Shown here: positions 56,595 through 64,000 of the stretch, in pieces | Layout: the number at the start of each line of letters is the position of its first letter | How positions within the stretch are numbered: the first letter of the stretch is position 1 | IMG/VR virus record: IMGVR_UViG_3300046794_000311 | Span: 21,748 to 85,747 of that record | Length of the DNA: 64,000 bases | DNA from: a virus | Reading direction: 5' to 3' (one strand) | Made by a program: the position numbers and the translations under genes | Notes under the pieces: model-generated | Databases searched by the model: none | Told to the model about the DNA's origin: nothing | The model's input: the letters and a program-made list of their open reading frames with translations, nothing else

Positions 56595-56748
56595 CGGTGC
56601 ATCAGGCACCGCGCGGGCGTATCTCCGGCCGAGGCGAACTTCCACAGGCCGCACGGGGCGGACGTCCAGCACCAGGCGGACAGAGAGATGATCAGGGCGA
56701 GGAGCGTCAGCACCACGATGGTGGTGGGACGGTCGTCGTTGCGGCGAC

Positions 56749-57483
56749 TCACGGGCAGACCCTTCCGTTGTCGAGGAACGCTTCCCAGGTGAGCGGGAAG
56801 TGCTCGGCGAACGCGGCTTCCATGTCCATGGCCACGCGCTCGATCTCCTCCTGCGGGAAGGAGGGGAAGGTGGCGAACTCGCTCTTCGTCCGCAGGCCCA
56901 GGAAGTGCATCAGCGAGCGCGGGTTGCAGGTGGCGTAGAAGGAGGTGTACGTGCCGACCGGCAGGACGCTGCGGGCGACCTCGCGGGCGACTCCGTCCTT
57001 CAGCATCTGCTGGTAGTGGCTGTAGGCGGCGCGGTAGATGACGCCGAAGGAGTGCTCGACGGACAGGTACTGCTCCTCGGTGCCGTGCTCGAAGCGGTAC
57101 TCCCCCGCCTTGCCGACCTGGACCAGCGGGCGGTGCGCCGGAGGCATGTAGAAGGTCGGCTCCAACTCCCGGTATCTGCCGCTGGTTTCGTTATAACTCC
57201 AGCCAACCCTGTGCCTCATGAACTCGCGGGCGACGAAGATCGGGGCCTCGACGAGGAAGGACAACTGCGCGTGCTCGAACGGGGAGCCGTGCTTGTTCTT
57301 CATCAGGTAGTTGATCAGGCCCCGGGCTTCCTTGGTCTCCGCCGCAGCGGTGCCGACCGTGGAGACGCGAGCGGCCTTGCAGATCTTCGCGTCGGACCCG
57401 GCGACAGTCTCCGCGTCGAGCGTCGCGGTGATCGAGGACCGGAAGGTGACGGCCGCCGGAGCGACCGAGGTATTAAGCGACAT
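56749..57483 (-). CDS. thyX: Flavin-dependent thymidylate synthase
   Basis: HGSPFEH, REFMRHR..SYNETSGRY, REVARSVLP. Confidence 0.95.
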   Translation of the reverse strand: MSLNTSVAPAAVTFRSSITATLDAETVAGSDAKICKAARVSTVGTAAAETKEARGLINYLMKNKHGSPFEHAQLSFLVEAPIFVAREFMRHRVGWSYNETSGRYRELEPTFYMPPAHRPLVQVGKAGEYRFEHGTEEQYLSVEHSFGVIYRAAYSHYQQMLKDGVAREVARSVLPVGTYTSFYATCNPRSLMHFLGLRTKSEFATFPSFPQEEIERVAMDMEAAFAEHFPLTWEAFLDNGRVCP

Positions 57484-57491
57484 GTGGTGGG

Positions 57492-57917
57492 TTACTCCCC
57501 TTCGTGGGATGAGTAGGCACTGAGTGGGACTCCGAAGCGGGGGCCGTCGGGGGTGTCGATCTCTCCTCCGGCCGCCAGCGCTTCCTTCTTGGAGATACGA
57601 AACACCATCTCCCGACGGTTGTCAACGTACTCGATCCAATCCGTTGACAACCTGATTACGGGTATCTCGTAATCGAGGTCGTACAGGACGTACTCGCCCC
57701 ACCGGACGGACTGCTCCGAGACGCCGACGTGCTGGTACAGCCGCAGCATCCAGTCGAACTGGCCGACCTTGAAGACGTGCTCGCCACGGCGGATGTAGAC
57801 CGGGTCGCGGTAGGAGGACAGGCACGTGCGGGGAGCCCCGGCCCGGAAGTGGTTGCGCCACTCCCACGGCGGCCGGGGCTGCTCCATGCGCGTCGCCTTG
57901 CGGCGTACGTACCTCAT
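57492..57917 (-). CDS. Hypothetical protein
   Basis: ATGA coupling. Confidence 0.55.
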   Translation of the reverse strand: MRYVRRKATRMEQPRPPWEWRNHFRAGAPRTCLSSYRDPVYIRRGEHVFKVGQFDWMLRLYQHVGVSEQSVRWGEYVLYDLDYEIPVIRLSTDWIEYVDNRREMVFRISKKEALAAGGEIDTPDGPRFGVPLSAYSSHEGE

Positions 57918-58423
57918 GCCTGCATCCGACCGGCGCGGGCCTCGCGGTCACCACGGCCGACCCGGCGGGTCAGTTCGCGGCTCAGCAGGGTGTTGCGCAG
58001 TTCGGCGGAGGAGTGCAGGGCCTGGACCATCTTGCGGTAGGCGTAGGCGGCCGTCTTGGCCTCCTGGGCCTCGATGTACTCCGGGTCCTCGTACGCCTTC
58101 GCCTTGGCCTGCGTCACTGTCTTCTGGCCAGCATTGCGGACGGCGGATAGGGCCTTATGTTGTTCGAGTGTGTCGACGCACGACTTTTCGTCCACCTCCG
58201 CCGCTGCCAGTCGGCTGCCCGTGTACTCCACCCACGCTGTCGTCCTGGCGAACAGGCTCATCAATTCGCCGTCTCCGAGTTCGGTGGGATCCGCTGGCAG
58301 TTCTGGCGCGTCGCCCTCCGGCTTCGGGGGCAGGAACAGGTCCTCCCGCTCCAGGCGCTTCGTCGCCCGCTGGCTCGGGCTCAGGACTGCTTCCCAGCCC
58401 CTGCGTGCTACCGCTTTCGTCAT
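57914..58423 (-). CDS. Helical protein, possibly a UvsY-like recombination mediator
   Basis: KTVTQAKAKAYEDPEY...LLSRELTRR helical pattern; lies in the recombination cluster. Confidence 0.5.
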   Translation of the reverse strand: MTKAVARRGWEAVLSPSQRATKRLEREDLFLPPKPEGDAPELPADPTELGDGELMSLFARTTAWVEYTGSRLAAAEVDEKSCVDTLEQHKALSAVRNAGQKTVTQAKAKAYEDPEYIEAQEAKTAAYAYRKMVQALHSSAELRNTLLSRELTRRVGRGDREARAGRMQA

Positions 58424-59423
58424 CGGTGGTGGTCTCCCAACAGGTCGACATGAACGGACAGTCCTTGCAGACCTTCTTGTCCGGGCCGGTGAACTCCGGC
58501 CGTGGTGGCGGCTTGCCCTTCTTCAGGGCGTATTTGATGTCGAGCGCGGTCTCGAACAGCGGCTCGACGATCTCGGGGTTGTACTGGACGACGAACTCCT
58601 TGTGGGCCTGCGTCGCCTTGTACTCGTAGAGGAAGATCACCTTGTCGAACGGCAGGCCCATCTCCTTGCACAGCCGGAGGTAGATCTGCGTCTGCCGTAT
58701 GTGGCTGCCGAAGGGGCGCCGCAGCGCCTTCCACAGTCCGTCCAGGTCGATGACCGTCTTGCCGTCCTCGGTCTTCACCGTGTACTCGCGCAGCAGCTCG
58801 GGCTGGTCGAAGCGGACGGTGCCGATGCCGATGGACTTGATCTCCACCAGGGCGTTCAGGTCCTCGATGGCGCCGTCCTCGTGCCCGGCGATCAGGAACT
58901 CGGACTCTGCATGCACAGGAACCTCGGCGTACTCCAGGTAGACCGGGTATCCCGAGAGGTCGGTGCGGTTCTTGCAGGACGGGCAGGCGATGCGTCCGGC
59001 CGTCCCCATCTCCCAGTAATCACAGACGGGGCACTTCCACTTGCCCCACAGCCGGTTCATCTGCTGGAGCCACTTCTGCCACTTCGCGTGGATGCCGTGG
59101 CCCTCCTCGAAGACGGCCTCCAGTTGTGCGGAGAAACTGCGGCCCTTCTCGGGGGAAACCCCCGCCAGCCTGTAGTAGGTCTGACGGGGGCACCAGTCGC
59201 TCTTGGCCATCTCGCTGGGGTGGATGATGTCCTGTCGCCGGTCGGTGGGCTTGTCGTGCTGATCGAGCAGGTGCTTGTGTACGTCACCCAGCAGCAGCGA
59301 GGTGTTCTTCCTCGTCTCCGCGAGGTTCGCCATCTTCCCCGTCGGCTTCGTCTTCGTCGTCGAGGTCTTCCGGCGCGACCCGGTCCGGCCAGACGCGGAG
59401 GAGGTCTTCGCGGGTCGGGGCAT
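58155..59423 (-). CDS. Cas4-like PD-(D/E)XK exonuclease with Fe-S cysteines and an inserted Zn ribbon (alternative start 59333)
   Basis: HPSE..WCPR, GHGIH, CPVC/CPSC, GHEDG, VEIKS, QTQIY, CKDCPFMSTC. Confidence 0.82.
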   Translation of the reverse strand: MPRPAKTSSASGRTGSRRKTSTTKTKPTGKMANLAETRKNTSLLLGDVHKHLLDQHDKPTDRRQDIIHPSEMAKSDWCPRQTYYRLAGVSPEKGRSFSAQLEAVFEEGHGIHAKWQKWLQQMNRLWGKWKCPVCDYWEMGTAGRIACPSCKNRTDLSGYPVYLEYAEVPVHAESEFLIAGHEDGAIEDLNALVEIKSIGIGTVRFDQPELLREYTVKTEDGKTVIDLDGLWKALRRPFGSHIRQTQIYLRLCKEMGLPFDKVIFLYEYKATQAHKEFVVQYNPEIVEPLFETALDIKYALKKGKPPPRPEFTGPDKKVCKDCPFMSTCWETTTDDESGSTQGLGSSPEPEPAGDEAPGAGGPVPAPEAGGRRARTASGSHRTRRRRIDEPVRQDDSVGGVHGQPTGSGGGGRKVVRRHTRTT

Positions 59424-59727
59424 TCTCGAAACTCCAGTCTTCCTTGGGGACGAACCTCCTGATGTAGGCCCGCTCCAGGACGGTGAGTCCGCCCCAGACG
59501 CCGTAGTGCTCGTTGTTGACCAGAGCGAATTGGAGACACTGTTCTCGCAGCGGACACACCCGGTCGGTATAGGTGCCGTTGCAGATGTGCTTTGCCTCGG
59601 ATTCCTCTCCCGTGCCGTCGCCGAAGAAGTCGTCGTGCTCTCTGGTCGGCCGGAACTTCCGGCAGGTCGCTTCCTTGGCCGGGTTTCCCCCGCCGTCCCA
59701 TTCGGGTGCGTTGAGACGCAGGTGCAT
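59284..59727 (-). CDS. whiB: WhiB-family transcription factor
   Basis: C...FF...AKHIC...CPLREQC...GVWGG.T..ER. Confidence 0.88.
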   Translation of the reverse strand: MHLRLNAPEWDGGGNPAKEATCRKFRPTREHDDFFGDGTGEESEAKHICNGTYTDRVCPLREQCLQFALVNNEHYGVWGGLTVLERAYIRRFVPKEDWSFENAPTREDLLRVWPDRVAPEDLDDEDEADGEDGEPRGDEEEHLAAAG

Positions 59728-60071
59728 TACCACGACAGCACCTCGTCCGGGTCGGCGTCCGGGAACGCCTTGGTATTAAGCGTGAGGAAGGTCTCCTCGG
59801 ACATCACGATCCAGTTCCTTCCGCTTTCCATCTGGATCCCGAAGAGCATTTCCCTGCCGTCGAGGAGGGCCTGTTTCTCTGCGGTCTGGAGTTCTGCGTC
59901 TTTGATGGCGTACTGCTTCTTGCCGGTGACCTTGTACTCGACGGAGTACTCGGGGGTCCTGACGTCGTTCTTACGGACCCAGCCGTTTCCGCTACCCGCG
60001 TTCACCGTCCCGCCCAGAAGTGCCGCTCCCCGCCTCTCCTGCCGCTGGGATTTCTTCAGCATGTCCGCCAT
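59727..60071 (-). CDS. Holliday-junction resolvase-like PD-(D/E)XK nuclease
   Basis: QERR.A..LGG...GSG...KNDV...VEYK. Confidence 0.7.
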   Translation of the reverse strand: MADMLKKSQRQERRGAALLGGTVNAGSGNGWVRKNDVRTPEYSVEYKVTGKKQYAIKDAELQTAEKQALLDGREMLFGIQMESGRNWIVMSEETFLTLNTKAFPDADPDEVLSW

Positions 60072-60203
60072 AGGACTTCTCCAGGAGGTTCGCGAGGATC
60101 AGGAACTTGCGGTGGGCGCGGCCCTGGCGCCGGGAGTACCGGGCGCCGAGGACCACGATGTAGACGGCCGCGAAGGCCAGCAGGAGGGAGAGCAGGGCCA
60201 CCA

Positions 60204-61406
60204 TCAGGCGGCCTCGGTATTAAGCGCCTCGTCCTCGGCCTTGGGCCGTCGGCTGACCTTCTTCGTTCCGGCCGACTCGGCGGCGTCCAGGTCCTCTTCG
60301 GAGATGGACCGCTCGTCGACCTTCTTGGAGGCGATGAGGATCTTCTCGTACAGGGACTCCTGGAGGTCCAGGTCCTGTCGGACGTGGTCGAGCATGGGGT
60401 CCTTGCCCTGCCAGCGCAGGACCGGCTTGCCCTTGTCGTCGTACTCCCCGTTGTCGATCTGGAAGTAGGCGCCCTTGCGCTGGATGACGTCGAAGAGGAT
60501 CCCCATGATCATGATCTCCTTCACGGTGTCGAAGTCACCGCGAGCGAAGTTCAGGAACGGGGCGGAGCGGAAGTAGAAGTCGATGGTGGCGGTCTGCTGC
60601 GGGGCGGCCGACTTGTTCTTGATGGTCTTGACCTTGATGACCTGGCCGACGTTGACCTTGCCCTTGCCGGGCCGGGCCTCCTGGATCCACTCGTCGCGCC
60701 GGACCTCGACGCGGGTGTAGAACGCGTAGTTCTTGGCGTTGCCGCCCGGGGTCGTGGTCGGGGTGCCGTGCGGGGAGAACTTGCCGATGGCGTCGCGGTA
60801 CTGGTTGATCACGATGCCGAGCAGCGGCCGGTCGTCGGTGTCCGTCATGGATCGCTTGGTGGCCGCCCCGCTCTTGCGGAAGAACTTGCCGGTGAGGCGG
60901 GCACCGAGTGCCATGACGGCCTCGTCCATGTCCTTCTCCGACTCCTCGTCGGCGATGAGCGCCGGGTAGGAGTCGAGGACGATCATGTCGACGGACCGGC
61001 TGGCGGCGAAGTCGAGCATGGTCTGGTAGGCGAACTCCATGGCCTGGGTGGGGACGACCAGGACGCGCTCGTTGTCGACGCCGAGGGCTTCTGCCTGGTC
61101 GACGTCGTAGTGCTCTGCGGCGATCCACAGGCAGGTGAAGTTCGGGTCCTTCTTCTGGTTGGCCGCGAGGGTCTTGTAGACGATGGCGGTCTTGCCGTGG
61201 GACTCGCGGCCGATGACCTCGACCCACTGGTTGCCCGGCCAGCCGCCGCCGAGGGCGATGTCCAGGGACAGGGAGCCGGAGGTGAACCGCTTGGGGATGC
61301 GCATCTCGGAGGCGAAACAGACCGCGCCCGGGTGCTCCTTGTTGATCTTTGCGATGAGCGCGAGGGCTTCCTTGTCGGGGCCGCCCGCGCTGGTATTAAG
61401 TGACAT
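60204..61406 (-). CDS. recA: RecA/UvsX recombinase
   Basis: SGSLSLDIALGGG.P, GRESHGKT, IVLDS, VINQYR, TPGGNA..Y, KNK. Confidence 0.93.
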   Translation of the reverse strand: MSLNTSAGGPDKEALALIAKINKEHPGAVCFASEMRIPKRFTSGSLSLDIALGGGWPGNQWVEVIGRESHGKTAIVYKTLAANQKKDPNFTCLWIAAEHYDVDQAEALGVDNERVLVVPTQAMEFAYQTMLDFAASRSVDMIVLDSYPALIADEESEKDMDEAVMALGARLTGKFFRKSGAATKRSMTDTDDRPLLGIVINQYRDAIGKFSPHGTPTTTPGGNAKNYAFYTRVEVRRDEWIQEARPGKGKVNVGQVIKVKTIKNKSAAPQQTATIDFYFRSAPFLNFARGDFDTVKEIMIMGILFDVIQRKGAYFQIDNGEYDDKGKPVLRWQGKDPMLDHVRQDLDLQESLYEKILIASKKVDERSISEEDLDAAESAGTKKVSRRPKAEDEALNTEAA

Positions 61407-61453
61407 GTGTGTGGTGTCTTCCAATCCCGTAATGCCGAAGCCGTAACGCAGAA

Positions 61454-61493
61454 CCGGTAGTCCCCATACCGTAATCGGTGAGGGACTACCGGT
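61454..61493. terminator. Hairpin between nrdJ and recA
   Basis: ACCGGTAGTCCC...GGGACTACCGGT. Confidence 0.65.
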
Positions 61494-61537
61494 CCAGCGA
61501 TGTATCAACTAGTCAGAGCAAGATCTTTTGATGAATT

Positions 61538-63502
61538 TCAGGTGGTCACGAGGTCGACGTCCTCGCAGCCGCCGTCCGCCGAGCAAGCCAGCGTGCTGGA
61601 GCCCACGGTCTGGTCGAAGGTCTCGTAGAACGCCAGGTCCGACCACTCCACGCGGTGCTTCGTGGCCGCCAGCGCCTCGTACTCCTCCCGCGTGATCTCC
61701 TCGTACGGCGCCTGGACGTACGTGTGCTCGCTGAAGGGCAGGAAGGAGACGCCGGAGATCTCGGCCAGGTGCTCCCACACCCACTCGCCGACCTGCTCCC
61801 ACTCGTGCTCGCGGACGCTGATGGTCACCGACGGCTTGTGCTCGCACCAGTGCCTCTGGAAGGCCAGCCACAGTTCCAGGTGCTCGATGGCGCTCACGTC
61901 GTCCCGTACCAGGGCCTCCTCGCCAGCCTTCTGCGGGAAGGTGAACACCCACGCGGCGGAGTTGTAGGAGTCCTCCTCGTAGGGCAGGCCCGAGTCGATG
62001 AGCACGAACGCGATCGGGTCCTTCTTGTCCACCCGCACCCGACGCTTGTAGAACTTCGCGTGCTTCTGGTGCAGGCCGGACTCACAGTCGACCAACTGGG
62101 AGACCGTGCCGGACGGCTTGACGCAGGTGGTCGCAGCCGACGCCGGGATACCGATGCGGGCAGCCTCGGCCGCGTTGGCCTCCACCACACTCCCGCGCAG
62201 GTCCGCCAGCAGCACCTCGGTCGTCTTCAGATTGACCGTGCCGTTGGTCCAGCGGTTGCCGTAGACCCCGGTGAGGGAGACACCCAGCAGGCGCTCCTCC
62301 TCCGCGTTCTTACGCCACTCCTCGCGCAGGTAGGGGTAGTCGGTCAGCGTCGACTGCCAGGTGCCCAGGACGGACGCCAGGCGCACCTTGCGGTACAGGT
62401 CCTCGGGGGTGTCCTCCGGCCTTACGACGACCTCGGAGAGATTGCAGAACGAGAACGGCCGGAGAATGATCTCCGAGCACGGGTTGGTCCCGTAGTCGGT
62501 GTCCTCCTCCCGGCGCCCGAACTTCGCCGCCTGACGCTGCGCTGCGCCACGGTGGAAGATGCCACGCTCACCCGAGCCGCTGGCTACGAGGGAGTCCCAC
62601 TCGGTGTGGAATTCCTCGTAGCGCATGCCGTCGGTGTAGACGGCCGAGTTGTTCGCCAGGGCGCGGTAGGGGTGCTCGACCCACCACTCCCCGCTCTTGG
62701 CCTCGGCCATCTCGCGGTCGTCCAGGTCGGACAGGGAGATCATCGCCGACCGGCGGACACCGCCGACGACCACGACGGACGCGATCTTGCATGCGATGTC
62801 GTGGACCTCGATCGGACGGAACTTCCGCCCGGCGGCCTGCTGGAACTTCTCGACGGTGAAGGTGAACAGGTCGTCCAGCGGACCCGGGCCGGAGGCTCGC
62901 CCTCCGAAGGTATTAAGACGTGCGCCAGCCGGTCGCACCTTGGACAGGTCCCAGTCGACGCGCTTGCCGTTCCACAGGGAGGTCAGCAGCGCGCGGTAGG
63001 CCAGGCCCCAGCCCTCCTTGGAGTCCTCGACGGGGATGTACACGCGGTCGTCGTACTCGATGACCTCGGGGACGGCAGGCAACTGGTCGGTGTACTTCCT
63101 CTCGACCGAGTAGCCGACCCCGGTGCCGTTCATCAGGACGTACAGCAGCTCGTCCAGAGCGCGGGCGTCCTTCAGCGGGAGGTACGAGCAGTTGAAGCCC
63201 GCGATGTTCGATCGGTCCAGGGCGGGACCGGCCGTCATGACCGCGCGCATCGACGGCATGACCTCGTGGTTGAGGATGGCCGCATGGACCTCGTCGACCA
63301 CGGTGGGGTCGGGGGTGTAGTCGTGCTTGTCCTTCAACTGGGCCAGCATGAACGTCACGTAGCGGGCGACGGTCTCGGACCAGGTCTCGCGCCGGTTCTC
63401 GTCCTCGATCCACCTGCTGTATCGCGACTTGGCGATGAAGGAGCGGTAGGGGTCGGCGATGTCACCGGCAGGGGTGAGCAGGGAAGTCACCAGGGTTTCC
63501 AT
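61538..63502 (-). CDS. nrdJ: Class II (B12-dependent) ribonucleotide reductase
   Basis: RRETW, FNCSY, GTGVG, GGVRRSA, TNPCSEI, CVKPSGT, EHKPS, C-terminal C...C. Confidence 0.93.
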   Translation of the reverse strand: METLVTSLLTPAGDIADPYRSFIAKSRYSRWIEDENRRETWSETVARYVTFMLAQLKDKHDYTPDPTVVDEVHAAILNHEVMPSMRAVMTAGPALDRSNIAGFNCSYLPLKDARALDELLYVLMNGTGVGYSVERKYTDQLPAVPEVIEYDDRVYIPVEDSKEGWGLAYRALLTSLWNGKRVDWDLSKVRPAGARLNTFGGRASGPGPLDDLFTFTVEKFQQAAGRKFRPIEVHDIACKIASVVVVGGVRRSAMISLSDLDDREMAEAKSGEWWVEHPYRALANNSAVYTDGMRYEEFHTEWDSLVASGSGERGIFHRGAAQRQAAKFGRREEDTDYGTNPCSEIILRPFSFCNLSEVVVRPEDTPEDLYRKVRLASVLGTWQSTLTDYPYLREEWRKNAEEERLLGVSLTGVYGNRWTNGTVNLKTTEVLLADLRGSVVEANAAEAARIGIPASAATTCVKPSGTVSQLVDCESGLHQKHAKFYKRRVRVDKKDPIAFVLIDSGLPYEEDSYNSAAWVFTFPQKAGEEALVRDDVSAIEHLELWLAFQRHWCEHKPSVTISVREHEWEQVGEWVWEHLAEISGVSFLPFSEHTYVQAPYEEITREEYEALAATKHRVEWSDLAFYETFDQTVGSSTLACSADGGCEDVDLVTT

Positions 63503-63534
63503 TCAGTAGAGATGCGTCAGGGAGGAGAGGGCGC

Positions 63535-63900
63535 TCAGACCGAGCCGTCGGCCTTGATGATGGCGCCCGGGTTGTAGTTGCTCCGGCCTCCCAGACCGCC
63601 CGAGGCGACCTGCTTGGCTGGGGTGGCGGGACCGTCTCCTCCGCTGCCCGACGGAAGGCCAGCCGTGCTCTGCTGGAAGCGCGGGTTGTAGCCGCACTCG
63701 TAGCACTGAGCCATGGCGTTGGGCTGGCCTACCGGTCGGAAGTAGTTCGAGCCTCCGCAGTCCGGGCAGTGCGTGTCCTGCTTGGCCACCATCGCGCGGG
63801 CCGGGGCCTGCTGCTGGGGCTGTGGCACTGTCTGCTGGACCGGCTGCTGCGGGGGGTAGGGCTGCTGTTGCGGGGTGGCCCACCATGGGCCCCCGGCCTG
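63535..63900 (-). CDS. Gln/Pro-rich Zn-ribbon protein (5' end unclear at window edge)
   Basis: CPDCGGSNY...QCYECGY. Confidence 0.55.
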   Translation of the reverse strand, partial: QAGGPWWATPQQQPYPPQQPVQQTVPQPQQQAPARAMVAKQDTHCPDCGGSNYFRPVGQPNAMAQCYECGYNPRFQQSTAGLPSGSGGDGPATPAKQVASGGLGGRSNYNPGAIIKADGSV

Positions 63901-64000
63901 CTGCTGCGAGGCCGGGGGCTGGGCGGGGGCGGGGGCCGGGGGGGGGGGGGGGGGCGCCCCCCACCTGGTTTGCCCGCACTTTGGGCACGCAAAACACCCC

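Noticed and set aside
58155-59423. CRISPR-Cas system suggested by the Cas4-like gene
   Set aside because: No repeat-spacer array or other cas genes seen; the context (RecA, resolvase) fits a stand-alone phage exonuclease.
63915-64000. Long poly-G run suggesting a G-quadruplex or phase-variable tract
   Set aside because: It lies at the window end where the reading frame degrades; more likely low-quality sequence over a Pro-rich coding stretch.

Overview
This is a 64-kb segment of a large, high-GC actinobacterial phage or prophage, most likely Streptomyces-type. I saw no host housekeeping genes and no att boundary, and almost all genes lie on the minus strand. From left to right: a terminase large subunit (cut by the window start); divergent tyrosine and large serine recombinases, the latter fused to an IS5-transposase-like domain; an XRE/DUF397 pair; a four-tRNA cluster interrupted by a c-di-AMP (ydaO-type) riboswitch and a LysM-NlpC/P60 hydrolase gene; Lsr2; an RNA-repair module (Pnkp, Rnl1-like ligase, nucleotidyltransferase). 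Next comes a ~17-kb block of short early-type genes with strong sigma-70-type promoters and a non-coding GC-skew switch near 31 kb, then a TGT/DpdA-like, ParB-like and NTase cluster, a GH25 endolysin and SpoVS. The right end is a replication/recombination block (EndoVII, dNMP kinase, ThyX, Cas4-like nuclease, WhiB, resolvase, RecA, class II RNR). The strongest unexplained signals are two dispersed DNA codes. One is an AT-rich asymmetric motif, CTTAATAC(C), found 22 times inside genes, always on the sense strand and almost always read as Leu-Asn-Thr. The other is a 23-bp palindromic operator, ATTACGGCTTC-N-GAAGCCGTAAT, at many promoters. All family assignments come from motif recognition by eye, not database searches.
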